Source of the DNA: Callorhinchus milii
Lineage: Eukaryota
Assembly (NCBI RefSeq): GCF_018977255.1
Contig: NW_024705372.1
Span: 1-50,735, forward strand
Direction: 5' to 3'
DNA: 50,735 nt
Position numbers and translations under genes: made by a program. Within the stretch, counting starts at the first letter, position 1. Each line of letters begins with the position of its first letter. The notes below the pieces were generated by a model, which searched no databases, was not told the DNA's origin, and saw only the letters and a program-made list of their open reading frames with translations. Positions 24,801 through 38,805 of this stretch are shown piece after piece.

Positions 24801-27800
24801 TATACTGTTACGCGACTAATCCTCAATGTGCTGAATCTGGAGACGTAGCTTTAGATACCCTCAAATAAAAGAGTTCCCCTATGTGGTTGTAGACCCGATG
24901 AGACGATCTGAAGTTTCAAACGAATTTGATCAGGCTCTATACTCGAGCATGATGCTCAAATCCAAAATAGCGCTGTTATCGTACGATTGAATACTAATTC
25001 TGACGAAAGCTATAATCCTCCTTTGCTAGGATCGTCTCGTCCAAAGGCGGAGCGAAGTCATAGAGCATCTCTGCTCGGAGCCCTAGTAGACAAGGGATGG
25101 CGGTCGTATTCACAAATTACTGCGGGCTTTTGTTTTATGTGCCGATAGACTTGTGAATGCGGATGTTCGTTGCTAGTTCGCAAATTGCGTTAACTGACGA
25201 TCAAGTAGCGAGGTATATTCGTCGTGAGGCGGACCGATGTGGATGTCATTCCGAAGGCCTAGGTATTCTGAGGCTGCGCAGAATATGAATTTATCATGAG
25301 GTGCAGCTAGGCAACTGAGGCTAACGATCTGATAAGACCGGGCGCCGTGATGAGCCGGACAAGGTATCATTTGCCCGCCGAATCTTGGCATGGTCGGCTC
25401 TACTTCGGCCCTCGGAAGGCTTGTAACTCTGTGAAAGCAAGAGGGAGATGCGTCCTCAATATCGGCAGGTGGCTATAGACGATGGATTGTAATGTACCTG
25501 GATGCCCATTCCCACTGTACTTAGTACACTCTAGACAAGAATTATGGAGGCTGTAGACAGTCACCCGGACCGTCTCATGGTCATCCTTAAACTCCATTTG
25601 CTGCGTGGGGCGTCACTCGCTATCGTGCCATCGTTTTAAGGTGGGAACGTTCTGCGTTTAAGTTCGTTTGAAACCACTATACTTTTAACGGCAGGGGGCC
25701 TGCAATCGTGCATATAAGCACTCATTCATTCAGAAACTCAGTTTTCCATTATACGCGCGCTCGCATAAATCAGCCAGAACGCCTATCGGACTAACCTAGG
25801 CATCAAGTATAAAGAACTCGTTCACATTAACAGGGCGCAGAGCGAGGTGCTACCTTAGTTAAGAGGACATGAAGCAGGAGATTGACCGCTTCCGGCACTA
25901 GAGCTGCGGTGGATGCGCGCAGTACTGTATGTACATAAAGCCGCTGCATACTGACGCAGCTCGCGCACTCTTGTCTGGTAAGTAAACAAGCATTGAATGG
26001 ACTCGCTAGCTCCTACCGAGTGGCACTTCAGTTATTGGACTGCTATTTCGCGATGCCAGGCACTTATGAGTGTGTGGGAGTTCTCGTGGGGGCCTATTTT
26101 GCAGGAATGAACGCTAAAGCTGTAACTGCCGTGCAATTCCCCGACTTCAGTTACTCAGGCGCCTTAGAGGATCCTTGGGATGGCTAGTTTCTAGTTTCAC
26201 TCACCTTCGCTATTCGACAAGAGATAAAGTTGTCTAAATCATATAAATAGAATACAACAGAACACCCCTGGAATGGCAAGCTCTTCAAAGATAGTTGAAT
26301 GGACTCAACATTTGATGTCACCCACGGTATAGGTGAGGGCTCTCAAGGGGATGGAATGGGGTTGATGCATGGGTATAATTTAAACTCGAAGTGTAGGCAG
26401 GTGAAGTGTGTGATCCCATTGGGCTGATAAGAAATTTAACCTCCATGGCGCCGCGGCCTCTAGCTTTAACCCCGGCTAGGTAACGCGATGCAGCCGACAG
26501 ACGTACATAACTGAACCGTTATGGGTCTGCTATTGGTTGACGTGGAAGGCAAATGAGCATCAGATAGCAGCAGGTGGAAGTGACACGACGCTGTTTATTC
26601 CGGGTTCCTTGTAAGGTGATCGTTACGCCCACTATCAAATCGCACCGGTCTCCGACGGGCAGTTAATGCGAAGCCTACACCGTGAGTTCATACGGCCGAT
26701 GATGCCGACCAGATGAGCTAGATCATACGTAGATCTGGAACGATTTTTTCACGTTCGTTGCAGGCCACCCACAGAGAATTCGTCCCCGAAGCTGGGGACT
26801 CAGTCAGTGTAACTGGGCCTTATAGAGCGTTCCTCCACGTCCTTATAATAGAAACCAGGATATGCGTTAGAATGGGATCTAGCTGGGACTTGTGAGGAAT
26901 TCGGTGTGGTACTTTAGAGATAGCAACTTTTACAGGGAGTCTACCTACCTTAGGCCCCATCTACGGCGCACTTGCCTGATCGTAAGGACCAGTCGTGAAT
27001 GGGAGAGAAAGGCTGTTTAGCACGGCTTTAGTGTGGAGTAATTTCGCCACATTAAGATGTAGTCTTATTGAATCATTGCCTGTGTGTGTGCAAGACTTTC
27101 TTTATATTGTGGTACCGCTCGTCGAAATATTTCCCGCATAGATACACTTCTATTTGACCGAAAACATTGTCGGATGTAACCTATACGGTCATTAGATACT
27201 CCTGCCCTCAAGCGAGGGACCGGCTACGCCATTCTTGACGGTCTTACGGTTCAGGGCCCGCGACGATAGAGACTGACCAAAAGGATTAAAGCCGCTTGAT
27301 TGCCTCTCCCGCATGAACCTATAATAGTGCCCCCTGGGAGGACTAAAAGGGGCGATCTAGATGGAACTTACTGGGGAATGCTTAGAGTTTGCTTCCAGCG
27401 ACGGTAAATAGGGAGGTTCTTAGTGATTAGACAACTTGTATTCTACCAGCGCGGCGATGTTATGGGTTCGGATGCCTATGTTGGCAACCGTTGGTCGGAT
27501 GCGCCCACAGCTGTGAGTCTGGTGACAGACATGCCCCGCGCAACGGTCGTTTGTTCAACGAGGGAACACTCGTCGACCTTTGGTTGTCGAATTGAATCCT
27601 CCAATTCCGCCGCGCGCGCGCCGTAAGCGAGTGTAGATCGAGCTGATCATTGAGAGTTTGTACCACATGATTCGGGCTATTAGGCAATGTCCACCACGAT
27701 CTGAGCGCATGAGGTAATTCGAAAGTTACTCCGGAAGTATTTATGGACGCACACCGACACTGACGACACAATTTAAGCTTATCATCTTATACGCCCCACC

Positions 27801-30800
27801 GTACCCCGAGGTACAAGCTAGCCGGCCGCCGGTAAACAGTGTTTTGCGTGTGTTGGGCGTCTGCGCGTCCTGATAGACTTACGTCGGGAGTATCAAGCGT
27901 CCTTATGAATGAGCGGTTACCCTTCGCGTGGCTTACTCGTTACAAGTAACATGGTGAGCAAGAGAGTTCGTAGTGCAACTCTGCCGAGGTTGCACGGGTA
28001 TCTGCATGCTGAAACTCCGCCTAATCTAGGGTATGTACATCTGATGCCGGCCCCGGCTTTAATAATTACCAGTACCTGAAAGGATTGTGGCCGACATTAG
28101 TATAACAGCGTTGGACAGGATCTAAAGCCATGAAATGTGGCACCGAGGCCCGATAGAATCTTGCGTTTCTAATTGTTGCTGCCGTCTCTGGGTCAGGGGA
28201 CTAGTGGAATACCCTTGGTTGGTCACAGACCATGTTGTGAAAGTCTGGTCACAACTAGTGATTTTGACGTGGCGGCTACTAGTGACGTGACGCACGGTGG
28301 ATCTCTGCTACCGCACATGCTGAGGGGACTGACCCTGATAAAGTTAGATACAGCGCCCATATGTACTTTGCTTCTTTTTCCAGCCACTCACGGAGTTTAA
28401 TGTTCTGACGTCAAGTCTGGCCCTATCGTACAAACTGATTCTCTACAGGCGATGCGCGGGCCATCATTAGTGTGTTGAGTTACTCGGAGTATAACGCGTG
28501 GCTTTGTGCGGACTCTATTCAATTGTGTACCCTTTCATGTACTTAGCCGGGTATGAAATTCACATTCCTTCCAAAGATATGCTTCCCTGGGTCTGGTAAG
28601 CTGTACGTTCATAATTCAAAACGGCGACACCTGAACCCGGCGTGGACACCCCTCTTGTGCGGTAGACGTATATTTTACAGTAATTAACGCTGGCGACGGA
28701 ACGTTATGAGAATGTCGTAACCCCACGTGGTTGAGTATCCGACGACATTCGCAATAGCTTCCACACAGGACTATAAGAGAAAGTCATGAATGTAACGAAG
28801 CCTAACTTTTGTTTAGTTTACCGCCGTAGTCCCACCACTTGCCCCACATTTCACTATCAAGGCAGAGATGATGTAAGTATCCCATAAATACAACTGACTC
28901 CTGGATCCCGATGGATAGACAATTGCTGGTACAGTTCAATTACGTGACCAAACGGAATCGGCGGAAGTTCCCTCTTAAGTCCGCAAGGTATTTCTCTCCA
29001 AAATGATAGTGTCGGAACGCGTTTGTTCTCAGGCTATTTGCAAGCTTACCATTGGAAGCTCTGTACAGATTGAGATCTGCAGAAATGTGACATGCTAGCC
29101 GGAAGCAAACCCGAAAAAGTGACGTATTTGCTCAGCGGATGTATCGTCGTTATCTAAGAGGAGTAACTACTTCTGCTGGGAGGGAAACGTACCCCAGTCC
29201 TACGTCTACGGCATACTACTAAGTACCGCCATCATAAGGCTCCAGAACCCAGACTCCCTTGTGAGGAGCGCGCTAAGTTAACCGTTGACCACATTGATCA
29301 TAGGACAAGTTAGACCGTCTAGGAGCGCCGGCAGTGGTCATCAGGAAGGCGCTTGCGGACACGCGTGTTCTGACTCCCGGTTGCGGTATAATCCGTTACA
29401 CAATATTTACCTGATAGTGGAGGTACAAAGCTCCGAATATGAGCCTTAAACGACGGAACTTAGATCGGCGTGGGTTGTACCTGCGCCAAGGGGGGATGCA
29501 CGGGGTACAGCGACACTGTATTGAGCGGTACCCACTGCGATTCTGATATGCGTCTAAGACTAGTTAATCGTTAATTCCCTGTCACAGACGAGGTGAGCGA
29601 TTCGCTATGAACGGGATTTTGCAGTTGTTTGGTACTAAAATGGCGTTAGTATTGAGGGAGCTTCCGGATAGGCTTGGGCTGTTGTTTGCATACGCGTTAT
29701 CACAGGGGGATCTTTCTAACACATTGCGGGCTCGCGACAAGTTGGTAGCTGAAGTGGGTCTGTCTCTGCCGACAGTAAACAACCCGGACATCTGTACCGG
29801 CACAAGCTTGCATAGGCGCTACTTTATGCAATCAACTAAGGCGTCTATGCCACTTGGGGCGCTAGGCCCGTGCACCGGTTACCTCACATCAAAACAAGAC
29901 GGTTTGCAGTCCTACTCTCCCGTCATTGACGTAATATTATCCTATGTCATCTGCTCACCTTAGGGGCCCGAAAAGGTCTATCGACAAGGAGCGCGACAGG
30001 ACGTCGACATTATGTCCGAACTATACTGTGAACGACGTTTCCGAATCTTGCCACTCGATGTGTCGGATACCTAAGAAAGCCTTTGCGGTGGGCGCCTCCG
30101 TTAAGATTTTTTACCAGCTGCGAGCTGGGGCTGCCATATCAAGCGTCAATACTTATCATAACTCCGTCTACTTGCTTGAATCCCTCGTGCGTCTTCACAG
30201 TCTTCTGACAATTGCTGGAAGGAAGACTACTGGAAGAAGTAAATAAGACGGAGTCTATCTACCTAGAGCCCACTAAGTAGATACGAGGGTCAGCTAATTA
30301 CTTTAAACCTGTGGCAGGGGGTGCTATGTAGGCATCGATTACTTCAGCGTCCGCTAGACCACCCCCAGACCTCCGTACTGAACATATACGGACATTTCAA
30401 GTCGCGCCCGACGATACGCCCGCCACCACCAAGGATTCGCTTGCCCCTCACATTTCAACGCCTACCAACCTTAAAATAGGGCATACATGATAAGCCGGTC
30501 TAGTAGGACCCGCGGACTCTTCGTGGCTATCTACTCCGAGGGACAACATTGGCCAAGCCCGCAACAAAAGCTCGTTCGGACACAGATAAGAACTACACGT
30601 CACTATACATTATTGAAGTAAACAATCCATAACGGTCGGTTACTATATACGTCAATCGTTAGTGAGCTGGTGGGGTAGGATTAATTTAAGCCAGTCTTAA
30701 ACCACGAAGTTCGCATTGGGGTTACAAAACAGGGTGGTTATGAGCACGTAAGACTAGCCAGGGGGCCTTCCGATGGATGCGGTAACGCGGCCAAGATCAC

Positions 30801-33800
30801 CAACATGGGACGGTCTGAGTGAATTCCCCGCTAAATAGGGGCGTCAAGCCTAACCCAAAGTGGCAACACCGAGGCAAATTCCCGCAACAGCGCGCGGCGT
30901 AACTCTTCTACTGTAATGTTCCAGAATGAATTGTGCGTGGACGCGGGGATGTCGATGTACTTCCCACCCAAGCAGCGTGTGGGATCGATAATGATAGACC
31001 GAAGGTTGAGGGTGGATCTCGCATAGACATCTACTCAAAAAGTGTCGCTCGCGCCGCCCACACATTGGTCAGTTGGCTACAATGTAATCAAGCATTGGTA
31101 CCAAGTGGTGATCAGATTTAGCGTGCTGAAGACAACGGAGATTCCAGGCTGTAGGTCAAGGCGAGCTGCTCGGGAGTTTCAGCGCTAAATCCTCTGTGGT
31201 TCTTGCAGGCGAAGCGGCTTAGAAGGATATGAAGACAAGGGGTTCGGTGTAATCTTGCTGCGATTTGGATGATCTAAACGTCGTCTGCCCAACGATATGA
31301 TAGCCGCAGCCTGTGGCAGCTTCATGAACGTCGTTCGCATTTAACTTTAGGGCGAGATAGCCCGTAAAGAGGTTGCAGCTCTTATAAGAAAGAGTTTTAA
31401 GAGAGATAATCAACATAGTGATACGTTAGTTAAAGAACCGCAGTGAACTTTGCGTGAGGGACAAAACCTTGCTGGTCTGAGGCCGACGGATCAGGATTGC
31501 TTCCGCATATCTTTTGGATTTACATATGAGTTCATTATAGGCACAAATTCGAACCTCAGTTGGATCATGAGCGCCTTTATGAGCGGACATCCGACCCGCG
31601 AGAGCTCTACCACTCTATGGGGCAACTCCTTATCGATTAGCAAATAGTAAAGAATCTCTTACGGTTGCTCATCTTTAGCGGTAGGAATGCAACAGTACAG
31701 ACCCATTGGTGATTACTTCCAAGATAAGAGAGCCTCTAATGAGATCTGTGGAAGATGTTAATCAGAAGACTCCTTTCATGGACGTCGGCTGGAGCGCCTA
31801 ATCAGGATATAACCGCCACTTACAGTCACATAATCGCCATGCTGAACGCTTACAAACTAGGGTCAGAGGATGTCTAACTGGGCATCATAAAGTGTCTTAT
31901 TGTAACCCATGTTTCAGATGTAAGCTGAGAACGAGGACTTACTGGTTTGATTGCTCGATATGATTATGAGTACACTCTGTGCTGTCATTTGCGAAATCCC
32001 GGACGTTAAAAGCCCTGATTACGGCGAGGAGGGTTAACATTCCTCCTGTCGGTCCTGCCTTCGTAGGAATTCTTATCCACATGCTTACACGTAGATGCAC
32101 ATGGACGAACTCTAGGGTGGTGTCGTAGTGCTAGAGAGCGGGTCCTTGAGGGTGGGCCGCGGTCTTTGGAGCTGGTTCTGCGGGCAAGATAGGAGCATGG
32201 CTCCGTTACTGGGCGCGTTTGATGACGACGTAAACAAATTATGACTGCCTAACATCTAATGGCCCAATGCAGAGAATCTAAAAGATATATAGTAACTATC
32301 GACGACTGTTAAAGTGAAGCCTACGCTTTATTTGTGTCGCGTTTTCGGTAATCCCTAAGATGGGTATCGCCACACTGACTCCTTTCGGACTGTGTTTATT
32401 ACGGTCGTTTATTGAGGATTGCCAGAAAGTAATAACGTCGATAAGCTCTTTCAGAATCACTTTTGGCCTGTTACCAAGGAGGGGTTTACTCAACAAGTCG
32501 TAGAATATAAGCTCCGATGCTCAGGGCGATATGACAAAAGTATATAGGGAGGACTTGTTGTAGGATCATGCCTGTTTACGATCAAGGTTGTGTCTGCGCT
32601 CACGCTGTGAATTACTGATCTACCTCGGACGTTTAGTCTAAAGTCTGAATCTAAACACGATCACGACCTTGGGGGATCTATCGTTTAGCCGTTGCCAGGA
32701 TGATACCCATTAAACATAATCCAACATACTACGTGAAACGAGCGGACACATTACGCTTCCACGCGAAACTCTAACACCAACGAATGAGCAGATCTCTATA
32801 CGCATGATTTTCTTACCGAATTATGAGCAGGGGCCGGAATATTAGGGGATGCGGCGGGGCGTTCAACCATGCGTCAATTTACTCGTGTGTCAACTGCCTG
32901 GGTAAGCAGAGTTGGCTTGGCTCTGCCATTGGTTAGTCACCCACCATCTCTCTTATTGCGGCGCGGCTGGGCATGCACTTCGCTTAGACGTCCACCATAC
33001 GACCACTAACAGTAAGCATGGGGGTCCCGCGAGTACATCTAGGATTCGAAAATTTAGCCCCGAACGCAGTTCTTTTGGCCGAATTATCCATTGGATCTTT
33101 GGGAGGCCAGTATATAGCAGGGGAAGACTGCATGGAGTAATGAAGTGATTGAGGGTGGGGTAATAGTTTCTGACATAGAGCCCGCGAAGGCTCTTTCCCT
33201 GTATGTGTGCTATCTGCTGCCCGGCTGGGGACCATGGCCGGGATGTTCAGACGTGACTTCGGGACTTGGGCGTTTTAAGGGCCAAACTTCACCCTATAGG
33301 GTAGAGTGGAAGTTTAAGCGAGCCCCGGCCGACACCGCTTGTAGCAGCTTTCGGGAGCGGAGTCGCAGCAGGTTATAAGTTCAGGCATACTAGAGTTGCG
33401 TGATTCCTCCGGGTTGCATGTAGCTAGGGACGAATATTTAGTAGTGGGCCCCGAGGGAGATTGCAAGTGACCCCACTGTCTCGGCGCGTGGCAACAATGC
33501 AACCTTTTAGTGCAATTTGGAGTATCTTGATCTCGGCTCCGTGTCTTTCCAGACCGTTAAATACTAACCGATAGATTAAAACTTACGTCACCTGACTTGA
33601 GTCGAATCCAATCGCTTTAATCAAGGAATGACTTTTTGTCGTGACCCGTGCGAGAACTATAAATCTTTAATTTTCGGTGCACTCGGACAGAAACAGTGAG
33701 AGCGCAACATTCAATAGGTGTCCCCGGGGAATCGTCATCTAGGGTACCCCCCTCGCATGCATCCTTAGCGGAGGGCGTCTTTGACCCAACAAATCATCTG

Positions 33801-36800
33801 GTCCCTTGGAATCTCATAAGTCTTCTGGTCAAAGAGTATTTGAACAACTCCGCGTTGCGACTGGTGAAAGCCGAGCCGACGGACTGCGAGTATGACACTT
33901 CTCCTTGGGAACGCGTATGCCGCAACGGTACTCGTCTTAGTCGGATTGTACCACGTTGCAAGTGAAGACTACTATATACACCCAGCAGGGTCGAGTCAAG
34001 GTAGTAGCCCGCCCTGCACGGATCCATCCATCGTTGACTGATGGACCTTAGCGAGGTTTATTGGAACACTATTTCGTTGGGTCCACGCTATCCCAGATTG
34101 ACAGACGCACTTACACTAAGTTGCCAAAAAAGTAGCAGCCCGCTTTCACAGAAGAGCTGGCTCCACCGGGAGACATACATGTCCGGTCATGACCCAAGCT
34201 TCCTGGCCGGGTTGTTACTTGGTATGATTGGGACCAGACTCTATGAAGAGAATCGACGCTCATTACGTTCGCGGAGGAACCTCCAGCTTCTTCCACACCA
34301 TTACCCCTCTTGCCAGACGAGACTGAGGCTTATCATGTTAATGAAGTCTTATGGCAGTATGGAAGTCCCCAGGGCTAATCGGAGTGAACTGCAAACCTCC
34401 TACATCCATGTTACCGAGTCACGCTTCAGCTGTTTAGATCTAGTGACCGGACGAATGGAATGCCGTTCCCTCCCCTGTTGAAATGCAAGGGTGAATTTCT
34501 ATCTAATTAGCAGCCCACTAGACGACAGCACTCCTGCGGACTCTGTAGCCATAGTACTTCCCGGACTCATTCCCGGTCCACTCGGCACTGTCAGTTAATG
34601 GACTACTCCTAACAGCTCCCGGGGCCGTACTGTCCATCAACCTTCGGCGTTGCGCCTATGGTGCTTTCAGGTTAAAGTATCTCTCGTAAACAATCAAACG
34701 AGTTTGACCCTTCCAGGGAGTGCCCTGACTCCCTGAACCATCTAACACTAATCGAATCAGACTAACGTCGTGCCCATCTGCGAGATTGTCCGTATTATCA
34801 TGTGCTACACCCCCCCTCCACCTTGACGTCGCACCGATCTTTAGTATGCTGTTTAGTATACTAAGGCCGAGACTGCCACAACGACGATGTTTCTACTATC
34901 CGAAGCGGCGACAATACTGGAAAGGCGCTGCAAGTCCTCCAATTCGAAACGACTACTGTTAACAGTCTAACATCTAGCAACTAATGCGATACTGTTCCAG
35001 ACCGCGAGAGAATATGGGTATCGCTGATCGCGAGTAGCGGACGGGGCTGGGACAGGCATAAGCTTGCGTCTGACGGGGATCTGTAATTTTCTGGTTACCC
35101 ATGCCACTACATCAACCTCCCTTGGCGGCTATGGCAGTTTGGGGCATGTCGCTCGGAAGCAATTGATCAAGTTAACCATAATATGATTAACGTAGGATAC
35201 GAGTGCTTACAAGTCTCAGCCTACTGCTAGTAAGACATTCCTATTATACTGGTAAAAGTTTTATTGCAAGACCTATTATTTCGGGTGCACTCTGCCAAGA
35301 CTGATATTCTAACTGATTCGCATCTCGGGGTCACGGTCCTTTAAACTCTAAGGAGACAACCGCAACATGAATGAGCACCTTCCCAGCACATGGTACGCCT
35401 TGAGTGCAATGAGGCCCATCGTCGGTTGACATATGAGCCTGGATCTTAACCAGACTGAGGCACCACACTGAGGCCATACTGAACGGGTAGTGCACGCGAC
35501 AAAGCCGCTATAGCGCGTTTATAGGTTATTGACGCCCGGGGCAATCCGCCGTAAGTTGAACCGTGCGACATCTCCACCAGGGGAGTTTTTAATCGGAGTT
35601 ACCGTACTGTCCGGATTCGCGGGGCAGTTGCGTGCTCACCCTGCAGTAACGGGAGAAAACTCATATGTGTGTCTGAAGGTAGAGGCACTAAACACGTCCG
35701 CGCAGTCCTTTCCCTGCGTCTCCACCAAGACCTGACTGCTACGTATTGCTATTCCCTCCTGGTTTTATTGATGATAAATCGAAAATCATCCAGTATAGTC
35801 ACTGTCGGAGAGGTCATTTATGACTGGCTATTTGACGCAATAGAGGCTCGGGGTTCACGGTTAGTATCGTTCATTGCAATGGCGGCGATTGGTAAAATAT
35901 ACGTCAGAATCTTGTCGGGGTCGGCGCTGGACACAATAAGTTGTATCCAGACTAAGCGCGCCATCATCGTAACCTGTCCAACGAAAAAACGGCATATGCC
36001 GTCGGTATACACTTAGGTGGAGCTTTTTTGTGGGTGAAGGCGTCAGATTTGTGGACGCTGCCGTAACTTGTGGGTGAGGGTGCCCGTGATAAGCCGGTTC
36101 CGATTGCCTCAGCGTGCGGGGGTTTCAAAAAGCCATCTTTATACGAGCGACCAGATCACCTATCTTGAAAAGTGTTTACGTCTTACACGGGGGTTCGGGA
36201 ATTCGGTGCACGTAGCCACATGAATGTCTCACGGCTCGCTGAGGCAAAGCCGTTGCGTTGGGCATAATAGACGTTTGGTAGAATGCCTTCCTGAAAGGGA
36301 CCCGTATCTTGAGTTTCCGAAGACATAATCAGGGTCGGTGTATGTTGACAGGACGTCTCTTACCTTTTGATGTTTTGGGACAGCGAGGAGAGGAGGCGAA
36401 ACGAAATAGCAATAACCCCAATTTTGGCCAAGCACCACGTGAGAGCAGACCAGAGATAGATATGGTCGGTCCGCGTGGATAGCATATCCCGCATCTCGAG
36501 TGCATGCACTTAAAGTGTTGGCCGAGATTGCGCGGAATAAATGTAGGTAGTGGTGGCAGTAATTTTAATGGCTTAAACAGTTCGTAGCCAATCACGCGCC
36601 TTTTTAAAGTACTACTCTCCCAATCACCAACAAAAATATTCCCCTAAGACGTTGTGAGGATTGATAACTTTTCACCCTGATTAGATGCCGTAGGGGTCAT
36701 TGTGGCAATGGTTTTAAGTAATGGGACGCAATGGGATCATGATAGGGCAGAATTTTCCGTTGTAATCCGCCACAAATTCGCCTCCGGTCGGGTCTGGCCG

Positions 36801-37290
36801 ATAACATCACGATGGCTCAAATAGCATAAGTACGAGCTATTCTGTTCGTTATTGATAGTCTCATTCGTACACCATGTGACCCAGCGAGATGGTAGGTTGT
36901 ATACTACGTTGCGGACAGATCGCTGTGCGTCCTAGGAATCCAGGGATCTCGTACCGACGTCAGATGCGTGCACGTGCCAACGGAACGGGCAGCTACACAT
37001 AAGGTGCGGAAAGGATGTCAGGAATTCCAGCACCCAAGATGATACCGCACAGGGTGACCAGCCATACGTGGCACGGAGGACAGCCAAGGTAAGAGACCGT
37101 GACAAGTGGTGCCATGCCCATAGGCTCAGGATACCCTGGCACAAACAGTGGGAGCTAACCTTAGCGCCAATGTGCTTAGATGAAATAAGAAGCAGGGATA
37201 TCCGGGGTTAGTTACGTTTTATCGTTGCAAGTGGACAATCTAGAGAGCCGAGAACATGCTAGAAGATAACGCGAGGTAAATCGGGTGAGA
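21881..37290. other. Random-like sequence block (probable artefact, synthetic or shuffled fill)
   Basis: Roughly even base use, frequent TA, CG and CTAG, no microsatellites, long A/T tracts or transposon fragments seen in about 15.4 kb. Longest listed ORF is 146 aa with no recognisable motif. The right boundary is approximate. Confidence 0.8.
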
Positions 37291-38464
37291 TTAGAATGGG
37301 GGAGGAGGGAGTAGAGAAGGGGGAGGGGGGTAGAGATAGAGGTGGAGCTGAAGGTGAGGGCGCAGTCCAAGTGTGTTAGACAATGGGGGAGGAAGAGGGT
37401 AGAGATAGGGGAGGAGAGGGGGGGTAGAGATGGGGAGGGGGGGGGCATTGCACCTCACTACACCCATCCACACTGCTGACGGTAGAGGTTGACAAGAAAC
37501 ACAAATCAAGTCATGACCCAAAGTGGTTGATGACATCTTTCCAATGATTGCTGAGTTTAAAACCGTCGTCTCGGTTGAAATTGTGTCTGTGTCTGTATAT
37601 ATGGATGGCTTCGTGAACGAATCTTTGTTGATAGCCAGTCGGCTTGCAAAGTACCATCGTCTTAGAGAAATCAATTTCACGTGAGCCAGCCGCATTAAAG
37701 TAATGATCAGCCACGGCAGAAGTATTGGTCCTGCCGTGTTTCAGATCTGCCTTATGTTCACGAACACGGTCCGAGACATGTCGTTTAGTTTCCCCAATGT
37801 AACTGCTGCCGCAGATACAGCTTAGTTTGTAGACGCCGGGATATTGCATGTCAGGAATCTTGTCCTTCACAGATGGAATCAGATCACGAATTTTATGCAC
37901 TGTGTTAAATCGGACCTGGATCTTGTGTTTGTTCAAGATTTTGGAAATATTTTTGGTTATCCCTGCTATGTAAGGCAAGGTGATGGTTTTGATTGGATCT
38001 TCAGATGGCTCCTTCCTCACGGTTGGGGTGATGGCTTTGCGGATTGTGTAGTCAGAATATCCATTCGCCTTGAGAGCCTGGTGTACGTGTTTGAGTTCAC
38101 TGGTCAGGTGTTCATGGTCGGAGATACATTGAGCTCTATGGTGTAGCGTTTTGATGAGGGAATTCTCTGGGATGGATGGTGGTGGGAATCAGGTTTTAGG
38201 TAGGCGTCAGTATGGGTTACTTTCCTGTAGACAGAGTGGCTCATAGCCATCTGGTTCTTTTTGATTAAGACATCCAAGAAAGGTAGCATGCCATCCTTTT
38301 CATTCTCCATGGTGAATTTGATTGCTGGGTGTATGGAATTGATGTGGTTGAGGAATTGTTTCAGAGCCGGTCGGCCATGTGGCCAGATGACAAACGTGTC
38401 ATCCACGTATCTCTTCCACAAGGACGGGCGTAGAATGGAAGCATGGATGGCGTCCGTCTCAAAT
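37291..38464 (-). mobile_element. 5'-truncated Penelope-like retroelement
   Basis: RT-to-GIY-YIG ORF remnant, followed on the element strand by a pyrimidine-rich imperfect repeat (37291-37446). The element 3' end is cut off by the random block. Confidence 0.9.
37511..38463 (-). pseudogene. Penelope-like reverse transcriptase C-terminal half + GIY-YIG endonuclease, one frameshift
   Basis: FETDAIHASILRPSLWKRYVDDTF...IKFTME...LPFLDV...VYRKVTHTDAYL..DSHHHPSQ, frameshift near 38165, then LIKTLHHRAQCISD...LKANGYS...LPYI...GVYKLSCICGSSYIGETKR...RVREH...SAVADH...EAIHI...NFNRDDG, stop at 37511. Confidence 0.93.
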
Positions 38465-38630
38465 TACTTGGTGGTGTACGTGCACAGTTAATACAAAGTA
38501 AACACATTCTTCAATAACTTACTAAAAAGAGAAATGTATGTGTGTATATCCTATTTTTAGGTTTTTTCGGTAAAGTCACGTAGGTAAAACATTAAAATTA
38601 ATAAAAGTAAAATAAATATAAACTAAAAAT

Positions 38631-38672
38631 CACGACGTTTCGGAAGGTAACACAAGCTTCCGTCTTCAGGTG
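38631..38672 (-). ncRNA. Minimal type I hammerhead ribozyme motif
   Basis: Minus strand reads CAC-CTGAAGA-C-GGAAG-CTTGTGTTAC-CTTCC-GAAAC-GTC-GTG. Stem I CAC/GTG, stem II GGAAG/CTTCC, palindromic ACGT in place of stem III. Confidence 0.75.
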
Positions 38673-38764
38673 GAACCGTTACAGCACGATTGCTGTATCA
38701 AGTAAGATACAGCAATCGTGCTGTGACGGTTCCACCTGATACAGCAATCGTGCTGTGACGGTTC

Positions 38765-38805
38765 CACCTGAAGACGGAAGCTTGTGTTGCCTCCGAAACG
38801 TCGTG
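38765..38805 (+). ncRNA. Minimal type I hammerhead ribozyme motif
   Basis: CAC-CTGAAGA-C-GGAAGC-TTGTGTT-GCCTCC-GAAAC-GTC-GTG. Predicted cleavage after C38802; one mismatch in stem II. Confidence 0.75.

Noticed and set aside
22294..37144. ORFs in the random-like block (for example 34041-34481, 24401-24826, 29607-29963) as a novel gene cluster or viral insert
   Set aside because: They are short, sparse, overlap on both strands, have no recognisable motifs or gene-like packing, and their lengths are compatible with chance.
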